Below, one piece after another: positions 1-8,897 of a stretch of DNA of 64,000 nucleotides. The stretch is from Nanobdellota archaeon (GTDB lineage Archaea > Nanobdellota > Nanobdellia > Parvarchaeales > Parvarchaeaceae), in NCBI GenBank assembly GCA_021802105.1, contig JAKAAW010000001.1:8150-72149 (forward strand), read 5' to 3'. Numbering within the stretch: the stretch's first letter is position 1; the number at the start of each line of letters is the position of its first letter. A program made the translations under genes and the position numbers. Below the pieces are notes generated by a model that was given only the letters and a program-made list of their open reading frames with translations, did no database searches and was not told where the DNA came from.

Positions 1-1
1 T

Positions 2-283
2 GAGGTACAGATACTGATGCTGGAGAGCGGAAGACAACCGAGAAGCTCACTCGGGAGACAGATACTGGAGCATATATCATCCGAATATAAAAGACTCCCT
101 TTCTCAAAGAGGTGGATAATTGAAAAGTTTGGACAAATAGCCGAGCTTGAATTAAGAAACCTGATCCGTGAAGGTATACTCTACGAATTCAACGCGCTTA
201 AAGAGAAAGATAACGGGCTTGTGTCTCAGTTCGAGCACACTATATTATTTGATGAAGGGAAAGCTATAGTTACCACTTTGTGA
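2..283 (+). CDS. map: methionine aminopeptidase (type 2, archaeal), C-terminal fragment; the 5' end lies outside the window
   Basis: The reading frame is open from the window edge, so the M at 17 is internal. The C-terminal motif '...VSQFEHTILFDEGKAIVTTL' matches the conserved 'AQFEHT(I/V)L...V(L/T)T' ending of archaeal/eukaryotic MetAP2. Confidence 0.5.
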   Translation, partial: EVQILMLESGRQPRSSLGRQILEHISSEYKRLPFSKRWIIEKFGQIAELELRNLIREGILYEFNALKEKDNGLVSQFEHTILFDEGKAIVTTL

Positions 284-284
284 T

Positions 285-1274
285 ATGGGCGTAAAACTTA
301 AGGATCTGGCGATAGGGAGGGAAATAAAGTTAAAGGACCTTTCGGGAAAGACCATTGCCGTCGACGCTTTTAATTGGATATACCAGTTTTTGACCACTAT
401 ACGCTTGGCAGACGGTTCGTACCTAACGGACAGGTCTGGAGATATAACATCCCACCTCAATGGGCTTTTTTATAGAACTATGAATCTACTGACGAATGAT
501 GTTACTCCCATATTTGTGTTTGACGGCTCCGCTCCAAAATTCAAAAAAGCGACCAACATAGAGAGGGCACGCATAAGGGAGGAGGCAAAGAAACGCGCAG
601 AGGAGGCTAAAACGGAGGAAGAAAGAGCGATGTACATGAAGCGCGCCGTTACCATAAATGATAAAATAATTTCTTCGTCAAAAGAACTGCTATCACTTAT
701 GGGTATAAACGTGATTCAAGCGCCGGCAGAAGGGGAAGCTGAGGCTGCGCACATAAACTCCAATGGCAGCGCGTATGGAGTTGCGTCTCAGGATTATGAC
801 GCACTTCTCTTTGGGGCGAATAAGTTGATCAGGAACCTAAATATAACAAATAGGAGAAAGCTTCCCAGCAAAGGAATTTCGACAGAGGTTCCCCCTGAAG
901 TGATAGATAAGAAGGCCTATGAGGATTTAGGCATAGACCGGGAGAAACTTGTACTGATAGCTCTGTTCATTGGTACAGATTACAACAGAGGCGTAAAGGG
1001 AATAGGCCCAAAGAAGGCTTTGGCCATAGTAAAAAAAGAGAAAAAGGAAGCGATTTTTAACTCCTATGATTTTGGCTGTGATTACAGCATAAATGAAGTC
1101 TTTGATTATTTCATGCATCCGAATGTCACTGATACGGAAACAGCGATTCCTCTACACATGGACAAAGGAAAGTTGATAGACTTTCTATGTGACAGGCATT
1201 CTTTTTCAAAAGAGAGAATGGAATCCTATCTTGACAAAATAAATAAGGAGGAATCCCTCCTAAAGTATGGATAA
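285..1274 (+). CDS. fen: flap endonuclease 1 (FEN-1)
   Basis: The N-terminus 'MGVKLKDL...IAVDAFNWIYQFL' and the internal 'GINVIQAPAEGEAEAA' and 'ALFIGTDYN...GVKGIGPKKA' are the XPG-N, XPG-I and H3TH signatures of archaeal FEN-1. The 329-aa length is typical. Confidence 0.9.
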   Translation: MGVKLKDLAIGREIKLKDLSGKTIAVDAFNWIYQFLTTIRLADGSYLTDRSGDITSHLNGLFYRTMNLLTNDVTPIFVFDGSAPKFKKATNIERARIREEAKKRAEEAKTEEERAMYMKRAVTINDKIISSSKELLSLMGINVIQAPAEGEAEAAHINSNGSAYGVASQDYDALLFGANKLIRNLNITNRRKLPSKGISTEVPPEVIDKKAYEDLGIDREKLVLIALFIGTDYNRGVKGIGPKKALAIVKKEKKEAIFNSYDFGCDYSINEVFDYFMHPNVTDTETAIPLHMDKGKLIDFLCDRHSFSKERMESYLDKINKEESLLKYG

Positions 1275-1548
1275 TAAAAGCGAGCCTCTCGAAGAGAGGG
1301 CCATTGCCGAAAGAATCAGGATGGAAGAAGTGTTCGGAAAACTTGTAAGAAAGGATAACGGCCATATCGCAGACGAATTCTTAAGTATGGCTGAAAACTA
1401 TTTCAAAGACTCAAAGTACTTCTTTGGAGAAGGCGATATAGTAAGAGCTTTTGAGGCAGTGGTTATAAGCTGGTCTTATATAGATGCAGGTATAAAGGCC
1501 GGTTTTTTCTCCGTACCTGAAGAACTTAGGGAATATTTTACCTCATAG
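1267..1548 (+). CDS. small conserved archaeal protein (DUF357-like) overlapping the fen stop
   Basis: A 93-aa ORF overlaps the end of fen by 8 nt (an operonic arrangement). Its sequence is hydrophilic. The family assignment is from memory of the conserved fen-adjacent archaeal small protein and is not verifiable here. Confidence 0.45.
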   Translation: MDNKSEPLEERAIAERIRMEEVFGKLVRKDNGHIADEFLSMAENYFKDSKYFFGEGDIVRAFEAVVISWSYIDAGIKAGFFSVPEELREYFTS

Positions 1549-1648
1549 TCTCCCCTACGCCATGTCATAGCGATAATTGTAAAACAATAATTTTCACTAC
1601 TTTATTGTTAAAGAAAGATTTATATATTATGGAGATAGTAAAAATAGA

Positions 1649-2860
1649 ATGGTCGAGGGAAGAGAGAGAGTATCAGCCGCGGTAATACTCATAATTTTCC
1701 TTATAGCAGCAGTATTCGTTTACCTTATACTTTTACCACCGCCAGTCGCTTATAGATTGGTATACGGGAACTTCAGTAACCAGACCTCTCCATCGCAGGT
1801 GCAGAATCAGACGCCAATACCTCAGTCATTTTACTATCCTATAAGCTCATATCTAGGCGGCAATCCAAATGCACAGAATTACAGTTATACTATGGGCACA
1901 TTCGGCGTGTCGTATAATGTTTATAATTCCACCCTCTCTAACAGTGCTCCGTTTGAGTTGACATCCTCCATATTCGGTTCGTCATCTTACAATATAGGTT
2001 TCAATGGCAGCTCTTCTGACAATTATTTCATAAAACTGGATATAGGGAAAGTGTCCGGTTCACCACGTCTTAAAGTATCCCTTAATGGAGTGTACTTCTA
2101 TACCTCAATCCCTATTAGCGGCGAGAATCTGATTTTGCGCGTTCCTAGAATCAATAATGGGAAAAATGTTATATCGGTATATAATTATCTTAACGGGTTT
2201 GCCTTCTCCCAGTCAATAGACTTTTCGAATGTCTCAATAACGCAGATGTACAGCGTATCAGTGGAACACTCTATCTCTACAACGATACCAACAATAGGTG
2301 GATTAGGAAACTTCTACATTCAGCTCACTCCGATAGGCCAAGGTAATCTGTCAGTGGACATAAACAATCAGAATTTAATAGACATGTTATCTGGCAACGA
2401 CACGCAAATGACTGTAAGAATGTCGCCAAATATAGTCAATGGTGCCGTTTCACCATCAGCGTCGCCTATAGTTCCTGCTAAATTCAACACCAGCTTTACC
2501 GTGATAGGTGCAAACAGCTCATACGTCCTAGCTAATGTAGGCATAGTATACGCTGCACTTGTAATCCCTCCTCACAGTCTTACTATCCCTTACATAATAC
2601 CAAAAACATCCGGTGAATACATGCTTACATTTTACCTGAACTCCATAATAAAACAAGGATCGGTAAGTTTCTATTTTTACCCCTCCGGACAGTCCTTCCA
2701 GATACCATTCTCAAACCTTACTGTGGGGGAGAACGTTCTGATACTTCCTATATCCGCTATCTCAGGCCAGACATCAAGCGGAAATTACACAGGTACACTT
2801 TCAGTATCATCTACAGGGCTTATGATACCACAGTATGTCGACATAAAACCGACTTCCTAA
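1649..2860 (+). CDS. secreted/membrane-anchored surface glycoprotein, first gene of the pilin-like cluster
   Basis: It has a single N-terminal hydrophobic segment (AAVILIIFLIAAVFVYLILL) after a short charged N-terminus. The remainder is S/T/N-rich with very many N-x-S/T sequons (NFSNQTS, NQT, NYS, NST, NGS...). Confidence 0.5.
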   Translation: MVEGRERVSAAVILIIFLIAAVFVYLILLPPPVAYRLVYGNFSNQTSPSQVQNQTPIPQSFYYPISSYLGGNPNAQNYSYTMGTFGVSYNVYNSTLSNSAPFELTSSIFGSSSYNIGFNGSSSDNYFIKLDIGKVSGSPRLKVSLNGVYFYTSIPISGENLILRVPRINNGKNVISVYNYLNGFAFSQSIDFSNVSITQMYSVSVEHSISTTIPTIGGLGNFYIQLTPIGQGNLSVDINNQNLIDMLSGNDTQMTVRMSPNIVNGAVSPSASPIVPAKFNTSFTVIGANSSYVLANVGIVYAALVIPPHSLTIPYIIPKTSGEYMLTFYLNSIIKQGSVSFYFYPSGQSFQIPFSNLTVGENVLILPISAISGQTSSGNYTGTLSVSSTGLMIPQYVDIKPTS

Positions 2861-2903
2861 GGCACTATCTAAAAAACTTTATAATTGCATGGAGATTTAT
2901 CAA

Positions 2904-3190
2904 TGTGAGCAGAAAACCCACACTCTTTAAAGGCAGGATAAAAGTGGACTGAAAGAATGGAAAACATAAATAGCAGGAGGGCAAAGTAACAATATGCTGA
3001 CGGCATACAAATTCAGGCTGTATCCAAACAAAGAGCAAATAGAGACATCCTCCAACTACTTCGGCTGCAGCAGATTCTTTGGATACCTAAAGTACAAGGT
3101 AGTAAAGCAGGGGCCATACACCCCCGGGAAGCTTAAGCTTTCGATATGAACTGGGATCTCATGGATGAATACATAGGAGGATGTCACGAT
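2904..3190 (+). mobile_element. degenerate IS200/IS605-family element remnant (MITE-like), copy A, homologous to copy B at 25509-25848
   Basis: It contains a 52-codon ORF (2994-3152) beginning MLTAYKFRLYPNKEQIE..., which is the hallmark N-terminus of IS605 OrfB/TnpB. It is ~80% identical at the DNA level to copy B over the first ~160 bp and over the last ~60 bp, with an internal deletion relative to B. A subterminal palindrome, agcttaagct, lies at 3128-3142. Confidence 0.55.
2994..3152 (+). pseudogene. tnpB: tnpB (IS605 OrfB) 5' fragment, truncated after ~50 codons
   Basis: It translates to MLTAYKFRLYPNKEQIETSSNYFGCSRFFGYLKYKVVKQGPYTPGKLKLSI*. The N-terminal 26 residues are almost identical to the copy-B ORF at 25598. 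The RuvC and zinc-finger regions are absent. Confidence 0.55.
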
Positions 3191-4557
3191 CACTTATGAG
3201 AGCGTTTGGGTTTAGAAAGACCCCCAAAAAGTCTGATAAGGACACATCCTTTGAAGATTTACAAAAGAAAACCGAAGAGCTGCAAGCTCGAAAATATGAA
3301 GCGGAGATAAAAGAAATACAGAGAGAGAGTCGGAATCGGACGCAAATATTCGATTTTGAAACTTTAAGAAGGAATACAAAACGCCGCGCCGCAGTAATAT
3401 TTATCGTACTTCTCGTTATATCACCTGTAATAGTTTTCTTCTTTTTATCATCGACATCGCATCAGGGACCGTTCGCTTACAATCTTGAAGCTTATTACAC
3501 CAGCGTTTTCGCCCCAGTGAGCTCTCTTATATCCCCTCTTTTTGGCATTGTAACAAGCCAGCTAGCCTGTATAGGCAACCCAGTAGTGTGCGTAGGGCAG
3601 CAGACTACGAATATAACGGTCGTTGTATACCCTACTTTCACGTCTTTTGTAACGGTTACACCTGCTTCAAGCATACAGACTGTTTTCCTCACTGGAAATG
3701 ACACGCCGGCTAACCTGTTTTATACGGTATCAAATAACGCAAACGTTCCACTAGGAGCATCTACGAACAACGCCTTATTCCTCAACGAATCATGCGGTAG
3801 CACTGACAATCCTGCTGAGGCACATATCTGTGTCGTGACGACATCACCAAAAGTGATCCTAAGCAACGCCTCTTTTTCTAGTGTTTTGCTGTCCAAACAG
3901 ACCCTAACAAATGAAACAAAGATGTCAGTATCCTGTCCATCGAAAAGTTCTAACATAGCACTGCCGACATTATCCTCGTTGATACTAAATTTCACAATAA
4001 AGAATTACAGCGCTGGTTCCATACTACCTGTGCAATTCGTCAGCCAGCAGTTCAGTCAGCAGCTTCTCGCTTCGTCACAACCGCTCGAGCCTAACTTACC
4101 ATCAGTCTCGTTTGTCAGTCCGGGTCCTCTACAGATAGTAATGAGTGTAGTAGAGCCCATGCCCATAATAACTGGCACTGGAAACATCCCTATCACCATA
4201 ACCGTTAAAAACAATGGTGTAGGGGCAAACGCTTACAAAGTGAACTCGTTGTCTATATTCTTACCAAAGAGCATGTGGCCTACCAGCCCTCAAGGTAGCG
4301 GGTGGAAATGTGTATCATCCACCAGTTCGATAAAGATGCAGTTCGCCATACCTGGAAGTTCTTACTGGGTCTGCACTAACACGGAAAGTACACAACAACT
4401 CCAGTCAGCAGGAACCCAGTTTGTTCTGCCTCAGATAACTTCTCTGAGTTCACTCCACTTCAACACAGTGCCGATATTTGCTTACATGAATTACAATTAC
4501 TATGAATATATGAACATGCCTTACAAGATAAGTGCATCTGGTTCGGTGTGTGGTTAG
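3181..4557 (+). CDS. bitopic membrane protein with a cytoplasmic charged/coiled N-terminus and a large S/T/N-rich extracellular domain
   Basis: A ~70-aa K/E/R-rich N-terminus is followed by one TM segment (AAVIFIVLLVISPVIVFFFL). The extracytoplasmic region is long, with many N-x-S/T sequons. The start codon lies inside the terminal 'ggaggATGtcacgat' of the IS remnant. Confidence 0.5.
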   Translation: MSRSLMRAFGFRKTPKKSDKDTSFEDLQKKTEELQARKYEAEIKEIQRESRNRTQIFDFETLRRNTKRRAAVIFIVLLVISPVIVFFFLSSTSHQGPFAYNLEAYYTSVFAPVSSLISPLFGIVTSQLACIGNPVVCVGQQTTNITVVVYPTFTSFVTVTPASSIQTVFLTGNDTPANLFYTVSNNANVPLGASTNNALFLNESCGSTDNPAEAHICVVTTSPKVILSNASFSSVLLSKQTLTNETKMSVSCPSKSSNIALPTLSSLILNFTIKNYSAGSILPVQFVSQQFSQQLLASSQPLEPNLPSVSFVSPGPLQIVMSVVEPMPIITGTGNIPITITVKNNGVGANAYKVNSLSIFLPKSMWPTSPQGSGWKCVSSTSSIKMQFAIPGSSYWVCTNTESTQQLQSAGTQFVLPQITSLSSLHFNTVPIFAYMNYNYYEYMNMPYKISASGSVCG

Positions 4558-4561
4558 ACAT

Positions 4562-5512
4562 ATGCACATTTACGATAAAAAAGGAGCTACGAGCCTTTCC
4601 TTGCTTATAGTTGTAGCTTTCATCGTCATAGTATTGATAGTGTTGTTATCACTTCCTTCGATAAGCATAGATCTGAATCTTTTTTCAACGGCTCCGAAGT
4701 TAAACATTACTCAGGGGGTAGCAGTTTCATCCATAAGCGCACCATCAAGCGTCTCTCCATCATCGTTTTTCAATATAAACATGTACGTATCAAATAATAT
4801 AAACGGCAAAGCAGCCTCCAACATAAACCTATGCCTTGATAACGTTGGTATATTTACCGTTACGTCCGCGCAATCATGCATAAGGATACCTAACATGTTC
4901 AGCGGCTCAAGGATTCCGGAGACCTTCTCACTTCATACACCACCTAACAACGCTTACGGTAATATACCATACACACAAATCATAGGCTATTATCTAAATT
5001 ACTCTTACAGTGCTAGTGCATCCCAGTCGTTTGAATTTATATCGCAGCAGGCGTATAACAACGGCAATTACCCCCCTCCTTCACTATCTTCCTTTGGTAA
5101 CACAGCAGGGCCAATCTCAATATTTACAAGCGCTCAGCAGCCTCAGATTTATGGGTCTACTGCGCAAGCAGAGCTAATCTTATCCAATGTTGGCGATGGA
5201 ATAGTCCTCGGGCCTGTCCACGTGTCTATATCTATGGACTCAAATCAGATAGAAGTCAGCCCAGATATCTTCGGTTTTACAACCCAGAAATATGCCAACG
5301 GCACAACCATTTTTACTGGCAGCTTACCAATAAGCACAACAACAGAAAACATAACTATACCGATAGTGCTTAACCCAACCAAAGAGTCCTCTCTGTCGTC
5401 ATCGGGAGTGCCTTACTTCTCTGCGAATATGCAAATCTCCATATCCTATTCGTACGAGGTGGATGGTTTCATGCCGGTCAAACTCAATGTCGTAAACTAT
5501 TTCGTAGGATAA
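4562..5512 (+). CDS. pilin-like (class III signal peptide) secreted glycoprotein
   Basis: Using the internal start MHIYDKKG|ATSLSLLIVVAFIVIVLIVLL gives a short basic N-terminus ending in KG followed by a hydrophobic stretch, which is the archaeal prepilin/class III signal architecture. The rest is S/N/T-rich with N-glycosylation sequons. The upstream M at 4532 would overlap the previous gene. Confidence 0.5.
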   Translation: MHIYDKKGATSLSLLIVVAFIVIVLIVLLSLPSISIDLNLFSTAPKLNITQGVAVSSISAPSSVSPSSFFNINMYVSNNINGKAASNINLCLDNVGIFTVTSAQSCIRIPNMFSGSRIPETFSLHTPPNNAYGNIPYTQIIGYYLNYSYSASASQSFEFISQQAYNNGNYPPPSLSSFGNTAGPISIFTSAQQPQIYGSTAQAELILSNVGDGIVLGPVHVSISMDSNQIEVSPDIFGFTTQKYANGTTIFTGSLPISTTTENITIPIVLNPTKESSLSSSGVPYFSANMQISISYSYEVDGFMPVKLNVVNYFVG

Positions 5513-5513
5513 T

Positions 5514-6383
5514 ATGACAAAAAGAGCCCAAGCGCCGAGTGTATTATTCGTTGCGATAGCCGTGATAATAGTACTTATCGCAGTGGCTTTTTTGTTTTAT
5601 TCTGGAGTGCTCGGGCAGTTACATGGTCCTAAGATTCTGGCACTTATACCAGTCTCTGTAAATGCTACTTCTTCCATACCTCTCACTAATATGTATGCAG
5701 ATACTCCTTTCAATGTTTCGTCTATAGTCTCCAACTCAGGAAACAAGACTCTCGACGTGTCAGTACTCGGCTACGGCTGTAATCTTGCATCGGGAATGCA
5801 GGATAAGATGAATTTGGCAGTGCCTCCTGGAAACAGCAGCTCCTTCAACTGGACTTTTGTATCCCCTGGCAGCGGTAGCTGTGAGATACAGTTCACCGCA
5901 TGTTTCAACGCAACATCTAATGCGTCTTACTCGCTGCTTCTGGCAAATCCGACATTCACAGGGACACTCCCGACTGCACTGTCGGAGTCATCGGCTTCCC
6001 CAGTAAGTCTTTATCTTGGTGGATTCTCCGGTAGTATAAGAGCACCAGAATACCCTCTTAATAAGACCTTCTTTGTTTATGCAGATGTACAGGGTACAGG
6101 TTTGCTTAAAAACTCGTCCCTAAACTGGTTAGCATTAAATGTGACTGGATCTGCTTACATTCAGCTTGCTAGATTATATAACATAAAAGATTCGTCTATT
6201 AACATAACCAACGCCATCGCCCTGGGGCAGCTGTACGATAGCGGCAGTATGGAACTCCCTATACAAATTGTATTGGACCCCGTTGCAAATCCGCCAGGCT
6301 ATTCTCAAGATACCAACATAACGATTACTTCAGGATATACATACTGCATGCTATCAAAATCTCTGACGGCTTCCATCGGTTAA
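5514..6383 (+). CDS. pilin-like (class III signal peptide) secreted glycoprotein
   Basis: MTKRA|QAPSVLFVAIAVIIVLIAVAFLF is a prepilin-like N-terminus. The downstream sequence is rich in N-x-S/T sequons. The gene starts 1 nt after the previous gene, which is operonic. Confidence 0.5.
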   Translation: MTKRAQAPSVLFVAIAVIIVLIAVAFLFYSGVLGQLHGPKILALIPVSVNATSSIPLTNMYADTPFNVSSIVSNSGNKTLDVSVLGYGCNLASGMQDKMNLAVPPGNSSSFNWTFVSPGSGSCEIQFTACFNATSNASYSLLLANPTFTGTLPTALSESSASPVSLYLGGFSGSIRAPEYPLNKTFFVYADVQGTGLLKNSSLNWLALNVTGSAYIQLARLYNIKDSSINITNAIALGQLYDSGSMELPIQIVLDPVANPPGYSQDTNITITSGYTYCMLSKSLTASIG

Positions 6384-7124
6384 CTAATGTTCTACAAAAC
6401 TTTCTAAGTTTTCTTTTTCTACAGGGCTAACCTCAGAGGGTATCACTATTGCAAGAGGGGGTTTGTCCACGTTCTTGCCGGAAGAAACAAAGAACATGCG
6501 CTGATTGGCGCTCCCCATGAGCGACATACAAACTACATTAGCCCAGTTTATTATTTTCGATCCTCGTTTCTTCTCTATCTCTTTTAAGACTTTCACAGCA
6601 GCCTGTAGATCAACGAACTCGTTTTCTGTCTTTGCCTCTAAAAGAATAAGGCTATGAAATCCAGATTTTAAGTTCTTTTCGATAGTATCAAAGAAGCTTT
6701 CAGGTTTAAAGGCGTCTGTATAGATGGGTATGCTGCAAACGGCACCGAATTTATACAGCGAGAGACCTGTTTCCGCTGCTGCGGTAAGTATGCTGCCGGC
6801 GTGAATAACCTCATATTTTATGTCTCTTCTTTTGCACTCGGCAAGGAGAGAGACATGCGTAGTAGCAAACAACGGGTCCCCTGGCACGAGAAGTGCCACG
6901 TTTGAATCCCTAGCCATAGAAACTATACTGTCGTTTTCTGCCTCGTCTCTGCCGATAACTTTTACCTGTTTTCCGACTAATTTTTCTATATCGTTTAGCG
7001 CACCTATGTCGTTTGTATTCGTGTATCTCTCAAGGAACACATGATCGCACTTACTTATAACAGATATCGCTCTCAGAGGCACGTCATTTAAGTAATATAA
7101 ACCAGTACCCAATAGATATAACAT
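6384..7124 (-). CDS. dph5: diphthine synthase (EF-2 diphthamide biosynthesis methyltransferase)
   Basis: MLYLLGTGLYYLNDVPLRAI...CDHVFLERYT is the characteristic Dph5 N-terminus, and the tetrapyrrole-methylase-fold motifs (LVPGDPLFATTH) are present. The length is 246 aa. Confidence 0.85.
   Translation of the reverse strand: MLYLLGTGLYYLNDVPLRAISVISKCDHVFLERYTNTNDIGALNDIEKLVGKQVKVIGRDEAENDSIVSMARDSNVALLVPGDPLFATTHVSLLAECKRRDIKYEVIHAGSILTAAAETGLSLYKFGAVCSIPIYTDAFKPESFFDTIEKNLKSGFHSLILLEAKTENEFVDLQAAVKVLKEIEKKRGSKIINWANVVCMSLMGSANQRMFFVSSGKNVDKPPLAIVIPSEVSPVEKENLESFVEH
7090..7102 (+). promoter_or_regulatory. TATA-like box (aagtaatataaac) ~25 nt upstream of the prepilin-peptidase ATG, embedded in the first codons of divergent dph5
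   Basis: An AT-rich 'taatataaa' lies at the expected -26/-27 position for a leaderless archaeal transcript starting at 7125. There is no intergenic space between the two start codons (cat|atg at 7122-7127). Confidence 0.3.
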
Positions 7125-7967
7125 ATGATATCATATTTAGTATCGCTTATATCTATATTCGCAATCGCAACAATGTCTCTTGCCGCTTATTTCGATATAA
7201 GAACGCGGGAAGTGCCTGATTTTATCAGCTACCTAATGGTAGCAGGAGGGTTGTCTATTAACTTAGCTATTTCAATTACTTCAGGATCGATACTAAACTT
7301 AGAATTTCTTCCTTTAGCTATTCTACTTCTTTTTGGATTCTCATACCTTATGTATAGGTCAGGCCAATGGGGAGGAGGGGACGTTAAGTTAATGTTAGGT
7401 CTGTCCATGATTTTTACCGCAGGGGACCTTTTTTCACACTTCTCATTTATAGCTCTTTTCATAAACATGCTTATCTTTGGGGGGCTCTATGGAATAGTTG
7501 GAACCGTCGTATACGGGCTCGCCAAAATTAAAAAACTTTATCGCTTTCTGAAGATTTATGATATTCTACTAGTTGGTGTTGGTGCAGCTGCCATAACACT
7601 TATAGTTCTGTATATCCCAGCCCCATTCAGCTTCCTTATAGCGTTCTCAGCGTTTCTTCTTGTATCTATGAGGTATATCTATATAGTGGCCCAGAACTTG
7701 ATGTTCATAGACACTAGCGTAAATAAGCTGACAGAGGGCGATTGGCTTGCAGATGATGTAAAGGACGGATCTGGGAAAATAATAGTAAAACGTAGGCAGA
7801 CAGGGCTTCTGTTGGAGGACATAAAGAAACTTAAAGATCATGGCGTGAAAACAGTCCTAATCAAGATAGGTCTACCTTTTGTGCCCGGTTTATTAGCAGG
7901 AGTGGTGATTACGGTTGTTATTGGAAATCCCCTACTCCATCTAGTAGTTTTAAACACAGGACTATAA
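7125..7967 (+). CDS. type IV prepilin/preflagellin peptidase (A24 family, PibD/FlaK-like) with a C-terminal extension
   Basis: It is a polytopic membrane protein with a first catalytic Asp motif 'YFDIRTREVPD' in the N-terminal TM region and a second Asp in the 'QWGGGDVKLM' (GxGD) motif. Both are diagnostic of A24 aspartic prepilin peptidases. Confidence 0.75.
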   Translation: MISYLVSLISIFAIATMSLAAYFDIRTREVPDFISYLMVAGGLSINLAISITSGSILNLEFLPLAILLLFGFSYLMYRSGQWGGGDVKLMLGLSMIFTAGDLFSHFSFIALFINMLIFGGLYGIVGTVVYGLAKIKKLYRFLKIYDILLVGVGAAAITLIVLYIPAPFSFLIAFSAFLLVSMRYIYIVAQNLMFIDTSVNKLTEGDWLADDVKDGSGKIIVKRRQTGLLLEDIKKLKDHGVKTVLIKIGLPFVPGLLAGVVITVVIGNPLLHLVVLNTGL

Positions 7968-8258
7968 TCAACAATAGTTTTAAGCTTGCTCCTCAAAAAG
8001 AGATCCATCTCTTTCTAGATCGTAATCCTCATCAGGGTCGTCGTAGCTGTCGTCCCTGAATGCCATGTTCTCCTTTCTTCTCATATTTTTATTCTCTGAA
8101 CAGATAAATAATCTAATCTTTACTATCTTTCTGTAACAATTATATATCACATCTTGTATTTAAATCTTCTTTGTAAAACCAATATTTTTACATTACATAT
8201 AAATAATCACTATCTAGTAAGAAAAGTATTTATATCTTATAATCTCTATACATGCATT

Positions 8259-8897
8259 ATGAGTAACTTAGAAAACAAGCTGTTTGAGAAAGGGGACAAA
8301 GTAAATAAAGACACCAGACAGTCTAATTACTCTATAAACAAGACATTTGCAAAGGTAGAACTGGAGTTGTATCTCGTAGGAGAGGGACTGAAACCAGCTT
8401 TCTTAGAAGGAGTTAGAAAAGACAGTTCCGAGATAGCGCTAATCAGAAAAAGAGCTAAGCAGTATAACATAAATTACATAACGGCAGAAAGGCCTTACTC
8501 TATTCTTTTAGTAGGTGGAAAGAATTCAAGTGCTGTCATGGACAGCGTATTAAATGGTGACACTGAAAAGATAGGACTGTCACTCGGTTATCCAGAGGAC
8601 GCAGTAAAATACTTCTCTAAGGAATTTGGTAAAAGGCGTGTAGCCGAAGAGAACTTCCAGTATCCCATATTAAAAGCCAAAAACGAAGGTAAAGAGATAC
8701 CCGATTGGCTGGCTTACATTAGCTATATCCCGGAGAAACTTGATATAATAAATGGAAACGTTTCTGATAGCAGCAGGTGTCTTGGGGAGAGATATATGAA
8801 TTACGTACGTAAAAACAACCCATATCTTGCAGAAGTTGTAGAGTCCTCTTTCAAGAGGTATATTGATACCCTTTATCGCTCGAAACATGTCCACTGA
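8259..8897 (+). CDS. hypothetical protein
   Basis: The ORF is taken from the internal Met (MSNLENKLF...) because the upstream ~100 nt of the 8154 ORF is extremely AT-rich and promoter-like. No recognisable motifs were found. Confidence 0.4.
   Translation: MSNLENKLFEKGDKVNKDTRQSNYSINKTFAKVELELYLVGEGLKPAFLEGVRKDSSEIALIRKRAKQYNINYITAERPYSILLVGGKNSSAVMDSVLNGDTEKIGLSLGYPEDAVKYFSKEFGKRRVAEENFQYPILKAKNEGKEIPDWLAYISYIPEKLDIINGNVSDSSRCLGERYMNYVRKNNPYLAEVVESSFKRYIDTLYRSKHVH

Noticed and set aside
17-283. The ORF-track start (M at 17) for the first gene
   Set aside because: The frame is open to the window edge (position 2), and the sequence is the C-terminus of a MetAP-like protein, so the gene is 5'-truncated by the window rather than starting at 17.
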